From contig CAWFJP010000029.1 of NCBI GenBank assembly GCA_963816145.1, positions 64,001-128,000 of the forward strand: 64,000 nt of DNA. The letters are read 5' to 3'. The DNA comes from an uncultured delta proteobacterium (GTDB lineage Bacteria > Desulfobacterota > Binatia > UBA9968). Positions within the stretch are counted from its first letter, which is position 1. Every line of letters starts with the position of its first letter. This document shows, in pieces, positions 1 to 13,316 of this stretch. A program made the position numbers and the translations under genes. Under the pieces are notes generated by a model that was not told where the DNA came from, did no database searches, and saw nothing but the letters and a program-made list of their open reading frames with translations.

Positions 1-1032
1 ACGCAAGATGATCAGGCTGAAACCATGCTGATGTGGCTGCTGCGCGGGGCAGGGCGGAAGGGGTTGGGCGGGATGAGTCCGGTGCAATCGCTCGATACGC
101 GAGCCGATGTTTTGGCGCACGGCTTGCAAGTTATTCGGCCATTTCTCGAAATTCCCAAGGTGGAGATTCTCGAATATCTACGCGAACGGCAATTTGAGTA
201 TCGCGTCGATTCGACCAATCGCGAAACTAAACTTTTACGCAATTGGATACGTCTGGAGCTGTTGCCGCAGTTGCGCGACCGGATCGATGGCCGGGTTGGC
301 GCGCGGTTGGCGGAGCAGTCGGCTATGTTGCGCGATGAGCAGGCGGTGCTCGACCAGGTTGCCTTTGCCGAGTTGGCAAAATGCCGGCGCGGCAACGGGC
401 TGGATCGAGTTCAGTTCTTACAGCAGCCGGTTGCCTTGCAACGGCTGATTCTCAGATATTGGATCGAGGGGTGGCGCGGTAACTTGCGGGGAATCGATTT
501 CGCGCACATCGAGGCTGGGCGCGAGTTGGCTGCGACTGGCCCGGCGCACGGACGGCTGGCGATCCCCGGTGGATGGGAGTTGCGGCGGCAATATGATTCG
601 CTGTCGCTGGCGCGGCGCGAACGTGGGCTTCAACCCATTTGTTATATCTATCCCTTAAAGCTTGGTGAAACGTTGCAAATCCGTGAGGCTAACGTCGAAT
701 TGATTAGCACAACAATGGCGCCACCGGATAGCCGAGTAGTCGCGGATTTGACGGAAGCCTGTTTCGACCGCGATGGGCTGCCGGAGCAGTTGATTGTGCG
801 GAACTTTCGGCGCGGCGATTGGTTTGAACCGCTAGGGATGAGCGGCCACAAGAAGATCAAAGACTTGTTTATCGATCGCAAGGTCGCGCTGTCGGAGCGG
901 GCGAAATTGCCGATCTTGATCGGTGGCGACCAGGTTCTTTGGATTCCCGGCCATGGTCGCAGCCGGACCGCCTTGGTGACCCCTGCGAGCCGCGCTGTTG
1001 TACGAATTAAAGTAGTCCCTTTAGGTACTTAG
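1..1032 (+). CDS. tilS: tRNA(Ile)-lysidine synthase, 5' partial
   Basis: Frame 1 is open from base 1 and reads TQDDQAETMLMWLLRGAG (DDQAET motif). Also IRPFL, DSTN..RNWIR and the TilS C-terminal KKIKDLFIDRKV. Lies upstream of ftsH. Confidence 0.95.
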   Translation, partial: TQDDQAETMLMWLLRGAGRKGLGGMSPVQSLDTRADVLAHGLQVIRPFLEIPKVEILEYLRERQFEYRVDSTNRETKLLRNWIRLELLPQLRDRIDGRVGARLAEQSAMLRDEQAVLDQVAFAELAKCRRGNGLDRVQFLQQPVALQRLILRYWIEGWRGNLRGIDFAHIEAGRELAATGPAHGRLAIPGGWELRRQYDSLSLARRERGLQPICYIYPLKLGETLQIREANVELISTTMAPPDSRVVADLTEACFDRDGLPEQLIVRNFRRGDWFEPLGMSGHKKIKDLFIDRKVALSERAKLPILIGGDQVLWIPGHGRSRTALVTPASRAVVRIKVVPLGT

Positions 1033-1107
1033 TTAGAAAAACTCATATTGATCGGCTAGCATGCGTGTGTTAGACTTTCGCTTGTTGCAAAATCTGGGAG
1101 AACTCGA

Positions 1108-2943
<1,836 letters not shown>

Positions 2944-3101
2944 TTAGGTTCATTCCGGGTGGCTTTGGCCACCCACACTCCACCGATCAATTCATCTGCG
3001 ATTCGAGGGCTCGATCATCGCGCCGTTGGGTCGGTTTTGCTGTTTTTTGAAATCCGGGCGCGAACTTTTCTCAACGCATCGAACCATTCCTGATTCTAAC
3101 C

Positions 3102-4025
3102 ATGTCACCGAGCAATCCCGCAGATCTCAATGCCACCGTGAGCCAGTTCAATCCCTTGCTGCCAGCCGCCGGGCAAGCTAATCGCGAACTCAAAACACGC
3201 CATGGCCGGATCGACTTTACGCACCGCACGGCGGTGATGGCAGTGCTCAACGTCACACCGGACTCCTTCTATGACGGCGGCCGTCACTTCGATGCCGGCC
3301 GGGCGATCGCCGACGGTGTTACGATGGCGCAGGCGGGCGCTGACATCATCGACATCGGCGGTGAATCTTCGCGACCCGGCGCCGCGCCGGTGTCAGAGGC
3401 CGACGAACTGGCGCGCGTGATTCCAGTCATTCAAGGCCTGCGCCTGCAGTGCGCGCTGCCGATCTCCATCGATAGTTACAAAGAACCGGTTGCCCGCGCC
3501 GCCATCGATGCCGGTGCCGATATCGTCAATGACATCAGTGCTCTGGGTTTCGATCCGGCAATGGCGCCGCTGGTCGCCAACGAAAAAGTCCCGGTGGTGT
3601 TGATGCACATGCGCGGCACGCCGCGGACCATGCAAGCCGATCCCCAGTACACCGATGTCGTGCGCGAGGTGAGAGACTTTCTCGCCGAACGGCTCTACGA
3701 CGCCATGGATGCCGGCATTGACGCCGACTCCATCTTGCTCGATCCGGGCATCGGTTTCGGTAAGACCGTCGATCACAACCTTCAATTGCTGCGCGGGCTA
3801 TCGATTCTCGGCGCGCTTGGCCAGCCGCTGCTGGTCGGGGTCTCGCGCAAAAATTTCATCGGCAAGATTCTCGGATTGGCCCCGGACCAACGGCTCGAAG
3901 GCAGTTTAGCCGCAGCCGTGGCGGCGGTGCTGGGCGGTGCGAATATCATCCGTGTCCACGATGTGGCGGAAACCTGCCGCGCGGTGCGCGTGGCCGACGC
4001 GCTGCGCTTTGGCTTTCACGGGTAA
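3102..4025 (+). CDS. folP: dihydropteroate synthase
   Basis: LNVTPDSFYDGG, IDIGGESSRPGA, DPGIGFGKT, SRK and RVHDV motifs; start codon uncertain. Confidence 0.97.
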   Translation: MSPSNPADLNATVSQFNPLLPAAGQANRELKTRHGRIDFTHRTAVMAVLNVTPDSFYDGGRHFDAGRAIADGVTMAQAGADIIDIGGESSRPGAAPVSEADELARVIPVIQGLRLQCALPISIDSYKEPVARAAIDAGADIVNDISALGFDPAMAPLVANEKVPVVLMHMRGTPRTMQADPQYTDVVREVRDFLAERLYDAMDAGIDADSILLDPGIGFGKTVDHNLQLLRGLSILGALGQPLLVGVSRKNFIGKILGLAPDQRLEGSLAAAVAAVLGGANIIRVHDVAETCRAVRVADALRFGFHG

Positions 4026-4036
4026 CCGAGGCCGGA

Positions 4037-4795
4037 ATGCTAGAGCTGCTGCACCAAATCCGCTGGCAAGACGCGCTCGACATCGGCATCATCACATTTC
4101 TCGTCTACCGGGCGCTGCAGATCGTGCGCGGCAGCCGGGCCATGCAGATGATTATCGGTTTGGCGGTTATTCTGGTCGCCTACGTGTCATCGCGCATTCT
4201 CGGCCTGTTCACCCTCAACTGGATTCTCGATAACTTCTTGAGTTCGATCATCTTGGTGATCATCGTGATCTTTCAGAGCGATATTCGGCGCGCGCTCACA
4301 CAGGTCGGTACCGCGCCCTTGTTCTCGACGCTGGAGCGTTCCGAACAACGCCGGGAAGACGTCGTCGAAGAAGTCGCCCAGGCGGCGATGTCGCTCGCCA
4401 GTAAACGTGTTGGCGCTTTAGTGGTCTTTCAACGGGATGTCGGCCTGAGCGAATTCATGGAGATCGGCACACGTCTCGACGCTTGGGTCAGCCGCGAGTT
4501 GTTGGAAAGCGTGTTCCTGCCCCATTCGCCAATCCATGATGGCGCGCTGGTGATTCACAAAGGCCGGGTGACCGCGGTGCGCTGCTTGCTGCCTCTGAGC
4601 ACCAATCCGCACCTGCGCAAGAGCTGGGGCACGCGCCATCGCGCTGCCCTCGGCGTCACCGAGGAAACCGATGCGGTGGCGGTGGTGGTGTCGGAGCAAG
4701 AAGGCACGGTGGCGCTGGTGGTCGGCGGCAATGTGACGGAAAATATCGACGGCGCCAGACTGCGCTCGGCGTTGCGGGATTTGATCAAGGCATGA
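4037..4795 (+). CDS. cdaA: diadenylate cyclase CdaA/DacA
   Basis: Three N-terminal TMs, HDGA and GTRHRAA catalytic motifs. Confidence 0.95.
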   Translation: MLELLHQIRWQDALDIGIITFLVYRALQIVRGSRAMQMIIGLAVILVAYVSSRILGLFTLNWILDNFLSSIILVIIVIFQSDIRRALTQVGTAPLFSTLERSEQRREDVVEEVAQAAMSLASKRVGALVVFQRDVGLSEFMEIGTRLDAWVSRELLESVFLPHSPIHDGALVIHKGRVTAVRCLLPLSTNPHLRKSWGTRHRAALGVTEETDAVAVVVSEQEGTVALVVGGNVTENIDGARLRSALRDLIKA

Positions 4796-5721
4796 AACAG
4801 CTCTGGGAAAGGATCGTCGCGCTGGCCGGCAGTAATTTCGGTCTCAAGGCACTGGCTTTGACCATCGCCGTGGGGCTTTGGCTTGCAGGCCACCGCGATA
4901 TCGAGCGCTCCATCGAGGTGCCGGTGGAGTTTCGCAATATTCCCAGCGATCTCATGGTCATGGATAATCGCGTCGATTTCGTCGTGTTGCGGGTTACCGG
5001 CCCGCGCACCTTAGTGTCGACCATCGATGCCGACGAGCTGAAGTTGTTATTAGATGTCAACACCGCCAAGCCCGGCACTGTCAGCTATCCTCTAGCCGGC
5101 AGTTCGTTCAATATCCCGCGCGGCGTGAGCGTGGCGCGGATTACCCCGCCGGTGATCCATCTACGCATGGAGCCGGTGATCAAGTTGACCTTGCCGGTCT
5201 CGGTTCGCACTTCCGGCAAGCCGGCGGCGGGTTTCCGCATATCTCAAACCCTAGTGCAGCCTGCCCGGGTAACGGTGCAGGGCCCCGCCGAAGAGGTACG
5301 CCGCCTCACCGCGGTGGAAACCGTACCGGTGGATCTCAACGAAACCCGTGGTGTGCCTAAGCGCTTGGCGCGGCTGGCGACCGGCGGCAAACCACTGACG
5401 TTCTCGCCCGATCAAGTGGAGGTATCTGTCACCCTCGAAGAAGAGCAGGTGATTCGCGAATTTGCCCAGGTGGAGATTGGCGCAAAGGATTTTAAGGGAG
5501 TTTACACCATCAATCCCAAAACGATTTTTTTACGTGTTTCCGGTCCCAAAAATCTCGTCGACAAGTTAGAATTGAGTTCCGTGAGCGTATTTGTGAAATT
5601 GCAGGGCTTGACCGTTGGTGATCATAATCTGCCACCGCAGTTCGATCTGCCGAATGGCGTCAAAGTCGTCGAACACAAACCGGCGAAGGTGCGGGTCAAA
5701 ATTGCCAAACCGGCAGCATGA
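4792..5721 (+). CDS. cdaR: CdaR/YbbR-domain regulator
   Basis: N-terminal TM, repeated VxVxGP YbbR modules, position between cdaA and glmM. Confidence 0.88.
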   Translation: MKQLWERIVALAGSNFGLKALALTIAVGLWLAGHRDIERSIEVPVEFRNIPSDLMVMDNRVDFVVLRVTGPRTLVSTIDADELKLLLDVNTAKPGTVSYPLAGSSFNIPRGVSVARITPPVIHLRMEPVIKLTLPVSVRTSGKPAAGFRISQTLVQPARVTVQGPAEEVRRLTAVETVPVDLNETRGVPKRLARLATGGKPLTFSPDQVEVSVTLEEEQVIREFAQVEIGAKDFKGVYTINPKTIFLRVSGPKNLVDKLELSSVSVFVKLQGLTVGDHNLPPQFDLPNGVKVVEHKPAKVRVKIAKPAA

Positions 5722-7193
5722 ATCCAGGCGGGAGCGTTATAACGATGAATCAACCACGAGCGCTAAACAGTAAACCCAAACGGCACCTCTTCGGCACAGA
5801 TGGTGTGCGCGGCGTCGCCAATCAAGAACCCATGACCTCGGAGATGGCGCTTAAGCTCGGCCGCGCGATCGCAAAGGTTTTGTCTGAATCCGAGCGAGAT
5901 CTGCCTGGCCGCATGCCGTCGCCGGCGTTCGCCCGGCGCAATGGCGAGACTGACAAACATCGGTTCAAGATTCTCATCGGCAAGGACACCCGCCTGTCCG
6001 GCTACATGCTGGAGACCGCCTTGGCGTCCGGCATCGTTTCTATGGGCGCCGACGTGCTCTTGGTCGGACCGTTGCCGACGCCGGGGGTTGCGTTTCTCAC
6101 CCGCAGCATGCGCGCCGACGCCGGCGTGGTGATCTCGGCGTCGCATAATCCCTATCAAGACAACGGCATCAAGTTTTTCTCATGGGATGGCTTCAAGCTT
6201 CCCGACGAAGTCGAAGCCCGCATGGAGGAAATGATTTTTAGCGGTGAGACCGAAGAGTCCCGCCCGACGGCCGCCGAGATCGGTAAAGCTGCACGAATTC
6301 AGGATGCCGTCGGCCGTTACAATGTATTTCTCAAGAATTGTTTTCCGCGTCATCTAACCTTGGAAGGGTTGAAGATCGTCGTCGACTGCGGTCATGGCGC
6401 GGCTTATAAAGTCGTCCCTGAGGTATTGGCCGAATTGGGTGCCGATGTTTTGCCGATCGGAGTCCAGCCTGACGGTGAAAATATCAATCGGCGCTGCGGC
6501 GCGCTTTATCCCGAAACGGCGCGTGAACTCTTGTTGCACGAGGGCGCCGATTTCGCGGTCGCGTTGGACGGCGACGCCGACCGCGCCGTGTTCGTCGACG
6601 ATACCGGCGAGATTCTTGACGGTGACCAAGTGCTGGCGATCGCCGCTCTCGATATGCAAGAGAAGGGGATACTCAAAGGCAATGGCGTGGTTGCCACGGT
6701 CATGAGCAATTTGGGCCTTGAGCTGGCGATGCGAAGCGCCGGCCTCGGAGTCGTGCGCGCTCAAGTGGGGGATCGCTACGTGGTCGAAAAAATGCTCGCC
6801 GGAAACTTCAATCTCGGCGGCGAACAATCCGGCCATATTCTGTTTCTCGACCACAACAGCACCGGCGACGGCGCCATCACTTGTTTGCAGATGCTGGCTT
6901 TAATGGTCGAGAAGCGCAAACGCTTGAGCGAGCTCAAGACTGTCATGCACCGGTTGCCTCAGGTGCTGCTCAACGTCAAGGTCACGGAAAGAAAAGAGTT
7001 CGACCTGATGCCCAAAGTGAAGCATAAGATCGGCGAGATCGAACGCAGCTTGGCCGGGCGTGGTCGGGTGCTCGTGCGCTATTCCGGAACCGAGCTTTTG
7101 GCTCGCGTGATGCTGGAAGGCGAGGACGGGAAAAAAATCCACGCCATGGCCGAGAGCATCGCCGACGAGATTCGCGCTGAAGTGGGCGAGTAA
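5718..7193 (+). CDS. glmM: phosphoglucosamine mutase
   Basis: [34 protein letters not shown]; start may be 5745. Confidence 0.97.
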   Translation: MNPGGSVITMNQPRALNSKPKRHLFGTDGVRGVANQEPMTSEMALKLGRAIAKVLSESERDLPGRMPSPAFARRNGETDKHRFKILIGKDTRLSGYMLETALASGIVSMGADVLLVGPLPTPGVAFLTRSMRADAGVVISASHNPYQDNGIKFFSWDGFKLPDEVEARMEEMIFSGETEESRPTAAEIGKAARIQDAVGRYNVFLKNCFPRHLTLEGLKIVVDCGHGAAYKVVPEVLAELGADVLPIGVQPDGENINRRCGALYPETARELLLHEGADFAVALDGDADRAVFVDDTGEILDGDQVLAIAALDMQEKGILKGNGVVATVMSNLGLELAMRSAGLGVVRAQVGDRYVVEKMLAGNFNLGGEQSGHILFLDHNSTGDGAITCLQMLALMVEKRKRLSELKTVMHRLPQVLLNVKVTERKEFDLMPKVKHKIGEIERSLAGRGRVLVRYSGTELLARVMLEGEDGKKIHAMAESIADEIRAEVGE

Positions 7194-7227
7194 ACGAGGC
7201 GATGCGCCTTAACCGCGAATAGATTTT

Positions 7228-7306
7228 CACCACGAAGGACACGAAGAACACGAAGTTCGGAGTTGAAATGATCCGAACCCTTCGTGTCCTTCGTGCCTTC
7301 GTGGTG
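7228..7306. repeat. inverted array of ~9-nt units (CACGAAG-based hairpin)
   Basis: caccacgaaggacacgaagaacacgaag ... cttcgtgtccttcgtgccttcgtggtg. Confidence 0.85.
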
Positions 7307-7364
7307 ATTGAATCCGTTTCAATGTCTGAGTCAATAGACACAAACAGTTGAAGAGTCTAGAACC

Positions 7365-8087
7365 GTGATCCGCTTAGGCGTCAATGTCGACCATGTCGCC
7401 ACGCTGCGCCAAGCGCGCTTGGCGCAGCTTCCTGATCCGGTGGAGGCCGCTCTGCTCGCTGAGAAGGCCGGTGCCAACGGCATCACCGTGCACTTGCGGG
7501 AAGATCGCCGCCATATCCAAGAGCATGACGTGCGCCGGTTGATGGAGCGGGGGAAAACCAAAGTCAATCTCGAAATGGCGGTAACCCAAGCGATGGTGCG
7601 TTTCGCCGAAAGAACGCGGCCCGCGGACGCTTGCTTTGTGCCGGAGAAACGTCAGGAGTTGACCACCGAAGGGGGGCTTAACGTCGTGGCGCACCGGCGC
7701 CAAATAAAAGAAGCGGTTGGCCGGCTGCAAGATCAGGGGATTAACGTGGCGCTGTTCATTGATCCTGCGAAGGACCAGATCGAGTGCGCCAAAGAGTCCG
7801 GCGCTCATGGGATCGAGATCCACACCGGCAGTTATTGTAATGCTAACGGCGCCAAACGAGAGCGAGAGCTGCGCAAGATCGTCGCCGGCGCGCAATTAGC
7901 CAGGCGGCTAGGCCTCGAGGTCCACGGCGGCCATGGTCTCGATTATGTAAATGTCCTGCCGGTTGCCGGCATTCCGGAAGTCGTCGAACTCAATATTGGT
8001 CATAGCATCATCGCCAGGGCGGTAATTGTCGGTATTCAACGAGCCGTGCGCGAGATGAAGCAACTGCTATCTAAAGCGAGAAGGTAA
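7365..8087 (+). CDS. pdxJ: pyridoxine 5'-phosphate synthase
   Basis: LGVNVDHVATLR, ITVHLREDRRHI, ELTTEGG, ELNIGHSII. Confidence 0.98.
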   Translation: MIRLGVNVDHVATLRQARLAQLPDPVEAALLAEKAGANGITVHLREDRRHIQEHDVRRLMERGKTKVNLEMAVTQAMVRFAERTRPADACFVPEKRQELTTEGGLNVVAHRRQIKEAVGRLQDQGINVALFIDPAKDQIECAKESGAHGIEIHTGSYCNANGAKRERELRKIVAGAQLARRLGLEVHGGHGLDYVNVLPVAGIPEVVELNIGHSIIARAVIVGIQRAVREMKQLLSKARR

Positions 8088-8090
8088 CTC

Positions 8091-8192
8091 GTTCAAACCG
8101 TTCAAATCGTTCAAGTCGTTCAAAACGTTCGATCGGTTTGTTATTCTCCTGCATCAACGGCTTGAACGTTTTGAACGGCTCGAACGTTTTGA
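8091..8192. repeat. inverted array of 9-nt GTTCAA-type units
   Basis: gttcaaaccgttcaaatcgttcaagtcgttcaaaacgttcga ... ttgaacgttttgaacggctcgaacgttttga. Confidence 0.8.
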
Positions 8193-8194
8193 CC

Positions 8195-9742
8195 ATGATT
8201 GTTGTAACGAGTGCGCAGATGCGTGAGTTGGATCGTTTGACGATCCATAAATACGGAACACCGAGCTTGACGCTGATGGAGCGTGCCGGCGAGGGCATCG
8301 CCGCGGCGATTCTCCAACGCTTTGGGCGTCCTGCCAAGAAGGGAGTGTTGATCATCGCCGGAAAAGGTAACAACGGCGGCGATGGTTTCGTAGTTGCGCG
8401 GTTGTTGAAAAAGAAGCGAATCCCGTGCGAAGTCGCACTGCTGGCACGGCGCGATGAACTGGCCCCCGACGCGGCGCATAATCTGCGCGCCTGGTTAAAA
8501 CTCAAAGGTAAAGTTGCCGAGATCGATGCTAAGAATTTGGATTTGCTCAGCCAACGGTGCGCTAAGAACGGTCTGTTGGTAGATGCGATTCTGGGCACCG
8601 GCACGAAAAACGCGATCGGTGGTCTATTCGCCGACGCAATCACGCTGATGAACGCGTCGGGGTTGCCGATTGTTGCTGTCGATATTCCCTCCGGCATGGA
8701 CAGTGACACCGGACATGCGCTTGGCGTGGCAATTCAAGCCGAGATGACGGTGTCACTCGGTTATCCGAAGCTTGGTGAAGTGATTCATCCCGGACTAGCT
8801 CAAGTTGGTGAATTGGTCGTCGCCGACATCGGCATCGATAGCCGCGCGTTGGCTGATGTCGCGCCGCAGATCGAGCTGCTCGATCGCGAAACCGTTGGCT
8901 GGCTCGTGCCGCGGCGCCGGCAGGATTCGCATAAAGGCACTTACGGTCATCTGCTGGTCGTCGCCGGCGCGCGCGGCAAAACCGGCGCGGCGATTTTGTC
9001 CTGTCGCGCCGCGATGCGCGCCGGTGCCGGCCTGGTCACGCTCGCGGCGCCGCGGGCGTTGAATACGATTTTCGCCGGCTCGCTGGTCGAAGTGATGACC
9101 GAGCCCTTAGGTGATGATTCCTCCGAGCAGTTAGAAATGCTCACCGATGCCGATTGGCGGCGCTTGATCGAGCGCAAGAGCGCCTTGCTTTTCGGCCCCG
9201 GTATCGGCGTCAGCGACGCGACACAAAATGCCACACGCTGGCTGTTGAGAAACCTGGACATGCCATGGGTCATCGACGCTGATGGATTAAATAATTTGGC
9301 GCTTGAATTGGACCGCCTGCGCCACGCCAAGACGCCGCCGATTCTCACGCCCCATCCAGGCGAGATGGCGCGACTGATCGGCAACGACAATGCTTTCGTC
9401 AATGCTGACCGCATCGAGGTCGCACGCAACTTCGCCACGGTGCACTGCTGCCATTTGGTTTTGAAGGGCGCGCGCACGGTGATCGCCACGGCTGACGGCA
9501 AGGTCTTCATCAATCCCACCGGCAATCCCGGCATGGCTAGCGGCGGCATGGGCGATGTGTTGGCGGGAATTCTCACTGCGCTGTTAGGGCAGGGACTATC
9601 GCCCGAGGACGCTATGAAGCTCGGTGTCTATCTGCACGGCTATATCGGCGACCGGGTTGCCGAATCCAAGGGGCCCATCGGACTGCTCGCATCGGATATC
9701 ATCGACGGTCTGCCGAGGGCTCTGGCGGAACTCGCGCCGTGA
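8195..9742 (+). CDS. nnr: bifunctional NAD(P)H-hydrate epimerase/dehydratase (YjeF)
   Basis: GKGNNGGDG, VDIPSG, SHKGTYG, DADGLN, LTPHPGE, GGMGDVLAG; likely start at MIVVTS. Confidence 0.96.
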   Translation: MIVVTSAQMRELDRLTIHKYGTPSLTLMERAGEGIAAAILQRFGRPAKKGVLIIAGKGNNGGDGFVVARLLKKKRIPCEVALLARRDELAPDAAHNLRAWLKLKGKVAEIDAKNLDLLSQRCAKNGLLVDAILGTGTKNAIGGLFADAITLMNASGLPIVAVDIPSGMDSDTGHALGVAIQAEMTVSLGYPKLGEVIHPGLAQVGELVVADIGIDSRALADVAPQIELLDRETVGWLVPRRRQDSHKGTYGHLLVVAGARGKTGAAILSCRAAMRAGAGLVTLAAPRALNTIFAGSLVEVMTEPLGDDSSEQLEMLTDADWRRLIERKSALLFGPGIGVSDATQNATRWLLRNLDMPWVIDADGLNNLALELDRLRHAKTPPILTPHPGEMARLIGNDNAFVNADRIEVARNFATVHCCHLVLKGARTVIATADGKVFINPTGNPGMASGGMGDVLAGILTALLGQGLSPEDAMKLGVYLHGYIGDRVAESKGPIGLLASDIIDGLPRALAELAP

Positions 9743-10037
9743 AATAGTGGAAGAGACGTCCCGCCTCTGCTCCGGCTCTTAAGATCAGCGCCGAGACGTC
9801 ACTGCCCTTTGAAAAGGAGCGTCGACAATGCTGCTTCATCTTTGAGCCAATCGCCTTCGGCAACCGTAAAACCAAGATCCAGCGACAAAGCTAACTCGAT
9901 GATCGGTAAGTCGCGTTCAAGATTGTTGGGATTGAAAGGCTAGGCCCCAGCCTATCTTACCTTTAAGAGTGACCGATGTCCGCGACGTCTACCTCACAAG
10001 TTGGCCCAACGGCAGCGATTTGTAGTAAGCTCAATTC

Positions 10038-10265
10038 ATGAGTTGGATCGTTTCGGACAATGAACATTTGTGCGGCCGGCCTCGGGTTAGCGACACGCGG
10101 ATCGCCGTTTCACTTCTTTTGGAGTGGCTTGCAGCGGGCATGACCATCGCTGAAATTGTCGCCGAGTCCCCCAGCCTTACGGAGGAATCCATTCGCGGGA
10201 CACTCACAGAACTAGCTCACTCCGACTTCCTCGTGGAAAATCCTTCTCGACGAGAACATGCCTGA
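10038..10265 (+). CDS. DUF433-family antitoxin
   Basis: GRPRVSDTRIAVSLLLEWLAAGMTIAEIVAESPSLTEESI matches the DUF433 pattern. Confidence 0.85.
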   Translation: MSWIVSDNEHLCGRPRVSDTRIAVSLLLEWLAAGMTIAEIVAESPSLTEESIRGTLTELAHSDFLVENPSRREHA

Positions 10266-10563
10266 ATCCTTGGTGCCCGCGCTACGGCGCCTTGGGCATC
10301 AGGTTGATTCAATCAATCCCCTCGGACTCAAAGGCATTGCGGACACAACGCTTTATCGTGAGATAGCCAAGGATTATGACCTTTGCTTTTCACGGGATAT
10401 CGGGTTCGCTCATAACGTCCGCCAGATGCGAGAACCGCTCGCTGTGAAAGTCCTACACGTCGTTTTATCGCAGCAACGAACGGAACATTTCGTGCCATTG
10501 TTTGTCCAAGCTTTTGAACAATCCGATTGGTCCAACTACGATAACGGCTCCGATTGGCCATAG
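10237..10563 (+). CDS. DUF5615 PIN-like toxin (start unresolved)
   Basis: In-frame KILLDENMP precedes the called ATG at 10258; LRRLGHQV and SRDIGF typical of DUF5615. Confidence 0.75.
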   Translation, partial: KILLDENMPESLVPALRRLGHQVDSINPLGLKGIADTTLYREIAKDYDLCFSRDIGFAHNVRQMREPLAVKVLHVVLSQQRTEHFVPLFVQAFEQSDWSNYDNGSDWP

Positions 10564-11870
10564 AAGTTAGCGCGGGTCTCAACTCGCGACAGGTTATAGC
10601 AAAGCCGTGCGCAAAGAAGGGAACCTAACGGTTCGTGAGGATCTGCGTTACTCTACTCTAGATTTGGTCTAACGATCTATTTCGGAGTAGTGGGTTTTCA
10701 CGAACGCTAAAGATAAAGATCCGACCTTATTTCTCCTTATTTCTCTTCCAGTCCTTGTCCTCTTCGCACTAAAAAACGTTCCGGTTTTGTGCCAAAACCA
10801 GGTGCCAATCCGTAGCACTCTTTAATACCCCCCAAAATAAAAAAGCCTGAAAACCCACGCTCTTTCACACTCACGATCAGGTCCACCGGGTCAGATGCGC
10901 GAGGTCACCGGAGTTACCATCGAACGCCATTACCACTGTCCCAGCACCCAACCCATTCTTTTTTTGAACCTTTCGCGAAGCTGCCCCATCGCCCCGGCAC
11001 TCTTCAGCTACCTTGCTCTAGGATTTCACAAGCGTTTCCGATCCATCCTGACCTCCAAGGCGGTCTGCAATAGATTTGCATTTCTCGGCGACTGAAGAAG
11101 AGGTTGTCAACCGCAACAACGCTTCGGCAATATGTTCGGGCTGCCACTTTGGCGGCGGCAAGAATTCGGCCACACCGAGCCTCTGCAATCGCTCGGCATT
11201 ATCGGGGCGGTTAGATCTTTGGTAAGACCAATTGCGGAATGCCCGTTTCCAGCGCACAAGCTAGGGTAGCGAGTCCGCCATGATGTATCACCACCCGAAT
11301 CTGCTGCATAAGTTTCCGAAATGGCAACATCCCAATCCAACTCACGCACTGAGAACAATCATTTGGTAGTTGAGTTGAATGTTGCATCGCTGCGATCCCC
11401 GCAAAATTCAGAAGTTCGCAGGCCTTTGCAGCGACGCGATAAAACTCGGCGTCTAGGTAATTGCCTGTGCCGGCGGAAATCAAGACTGTCGGCTTGCCAC
11501 AGTTGAGGATATCTTTGATCGCTAGCGGGAAGTCTCCGTCGGTCGCGTCATCCTCGCTTATGAACCCCACCGGGACTACAGGGATTAGGCAATTAGCGTT
11601 GGACTCCGCGAACCATTCCGGCCACAATCCCGCTCCCATCGTTGGATGACCGAAATCACGGTTTTCCTGGGACATTGACGGCAGATCTAAAGGGATACGA
11701 ATTTGGTTTATCTCAGACCGAAGGGTACGCGAAAATAACTGCTCCCTGAGGTTCCAGGTGGCGACCTGACTCGGAGTGCCGAAAATCCACCGCACCGGCA
11801 GCCGGAGTTTTACGGCCACTAGGCGCGGAACAAGATCGAACAAATCTCTGGTGACGATAATTGAATTTTT

Positions 11871-13316
11871 GACTTTGTTCGAAAGTTACGTGATGGCATT
11901 GGACCAGCGCCAGAAAATCTGAAGCGATACCAGCTTGATCTTGGAACAGTTGCCTGCGTTGTCCCACAGCGTCGACCAAAGCTCGGGATTGAAAATCTTG
12001 TAGAAGGTCACCTTCAACCAATTCAATAGTCCTTGCTCTGACCAACGTCTGCCCACCCGTTTGATCCGATTGTTCACCTGGCTAAAGGCACTCTCGATGG
12101 CGTTGGTCGTTAGCGGTATGACTTCCCCGTTGTCCAGCCAGTGTTGGAGAAACGTGGTGACCAGGGTCATGAGAATTTCTATATAGGTTCGAGTCCGGGG
12201 ATAGAGTTGAGGGTCCAAAACCCCGAGCAATTGCTCGAAACCCTGTTGGGTCTTCTCCACCATCTGCTCGACTACGGGACGATCCTCAGGTCGAAGCTTC
12301 TCCATGTCGCCTTGGGTGAGCGTCATCGCAGGGACCGATTTCAGCTTGTCGACCAGCAAGCCTTGCTCGGCTTTCTTGAAACCATCGGCGTACAAGACAT
12401 AGGGAAACTCCCGTTTGCCGTGCCACTGACAGCGCTGGGGTTTCATGCCCGGGTGCAAAAGGCTCTCGGCAATTCCCACCCCGGCGTCTGAGAAAAGCAC
12501 CTCCAGCCGGTGGTAATCGACCCGGACCTCTAGCTCTTTGCGGATCTCCCTCCACTCGGTGTCGATCCAGAAACCGACAGGCTCAAAGCGATTCAATCCT
12601 CCCGACGACGCCATCGCCCAACGCATCTCCACTTGCCCTAACTCTTTGCCCTCTCCCCCTTGCAAGTGACCTTGGTGCCGTCCACCACCAGAAATCGAAA
12701 ATCTCGGTCTTTCATCGATCCAAACGGCTCATGGCGGCGGCCCAATCTCTGAAGTCGATTGTGAACCGTGGTATGGCTCATCGACTGCCCAGCAATCCGC
12801 TCCACTTCGCTTTGCGCTCGCCGATACGACACATGAATCGTCAGCTCGATGCTCGGCTCCAAAGCGTCTTCCAGGCACTGCTCGTAGGCCGGAATCGCCA
12901 GGGCATCGACCAAAGGCATCAGGCTGCGTCCGCTCTGTCGATCCCGAAGCGGCGCGAACCGATAACCAATAGTTGCTAAAGAGCACCTCAGTTGACGGGA
13001 CCTACTTTGACGACCGTTGCGCTGATAGCGCCCGGGTTCGTTGTCGATCATCGCCTCGATCATGCGCTCTTCAAGGGCTTGCATCAGCTCAACTAAAATC
13101 TCCCCATGAATCCGCCCTAGGGATTCTTTCAGCCCGCCAATCAAACCGTTGATCGTCAGTGCCGATTCTGGTATCTCAAAAACCAAGCGTAGCTCCAACG
13201 TGATCTCGCCCAACGGATTGCTCCCCTCTTTGGGTGTGGCAACACAAAGATGAAAGCAATCCGTTTCTGTTTCAACTTCGAACACTACCCCTTCACGTTA
13301 CTTTCGAACAAAGTCC
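11871..13316 (-). mobile_element. insertion sequence, IS256-superfamily-like (ISH6/ISLre2/UPF0236-like), ~1.45 kb
   Basis: TIRs gactttgttcgaaagttacgtga (11871-11893) and tcacgttactttcgaacaaagtc (13293-13315). Flanking direct repeat AATTTTT at 11864-11870 and 13317-13323. Family assignment is by recall. Confidence 0.85.
11886..13285 (-). pseudogene. DDE transposase split by a frameshift near 12665
   Basis: ORFs 12638-13285 (SYRRA, VDGTKV) and 11886-12665 (SDAG, QRCQWH, TTNAIES..RIKRVGRRWS). Confidence 0.8.

Noticed and set aside
4037-7193. c-di-AMP module (cdaA-cdaR-glmM) in a probable diderm
   Set aside because: Known conserved arrangement in deltaproteobacteria-like lineages; not novel.
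7228-7306. Short periodic repeats as a CRISPR array
   Set aside because: Units are 7-9 nt without unique spacers; no cas genes in the window.
10790-10810. gtgccaaaaccaggtgcca as a sigma-54 site or att/integrase-end motif
   Set aside because: Spacing does not give GG-N10-GC and no integrase or matching att copy was seen.
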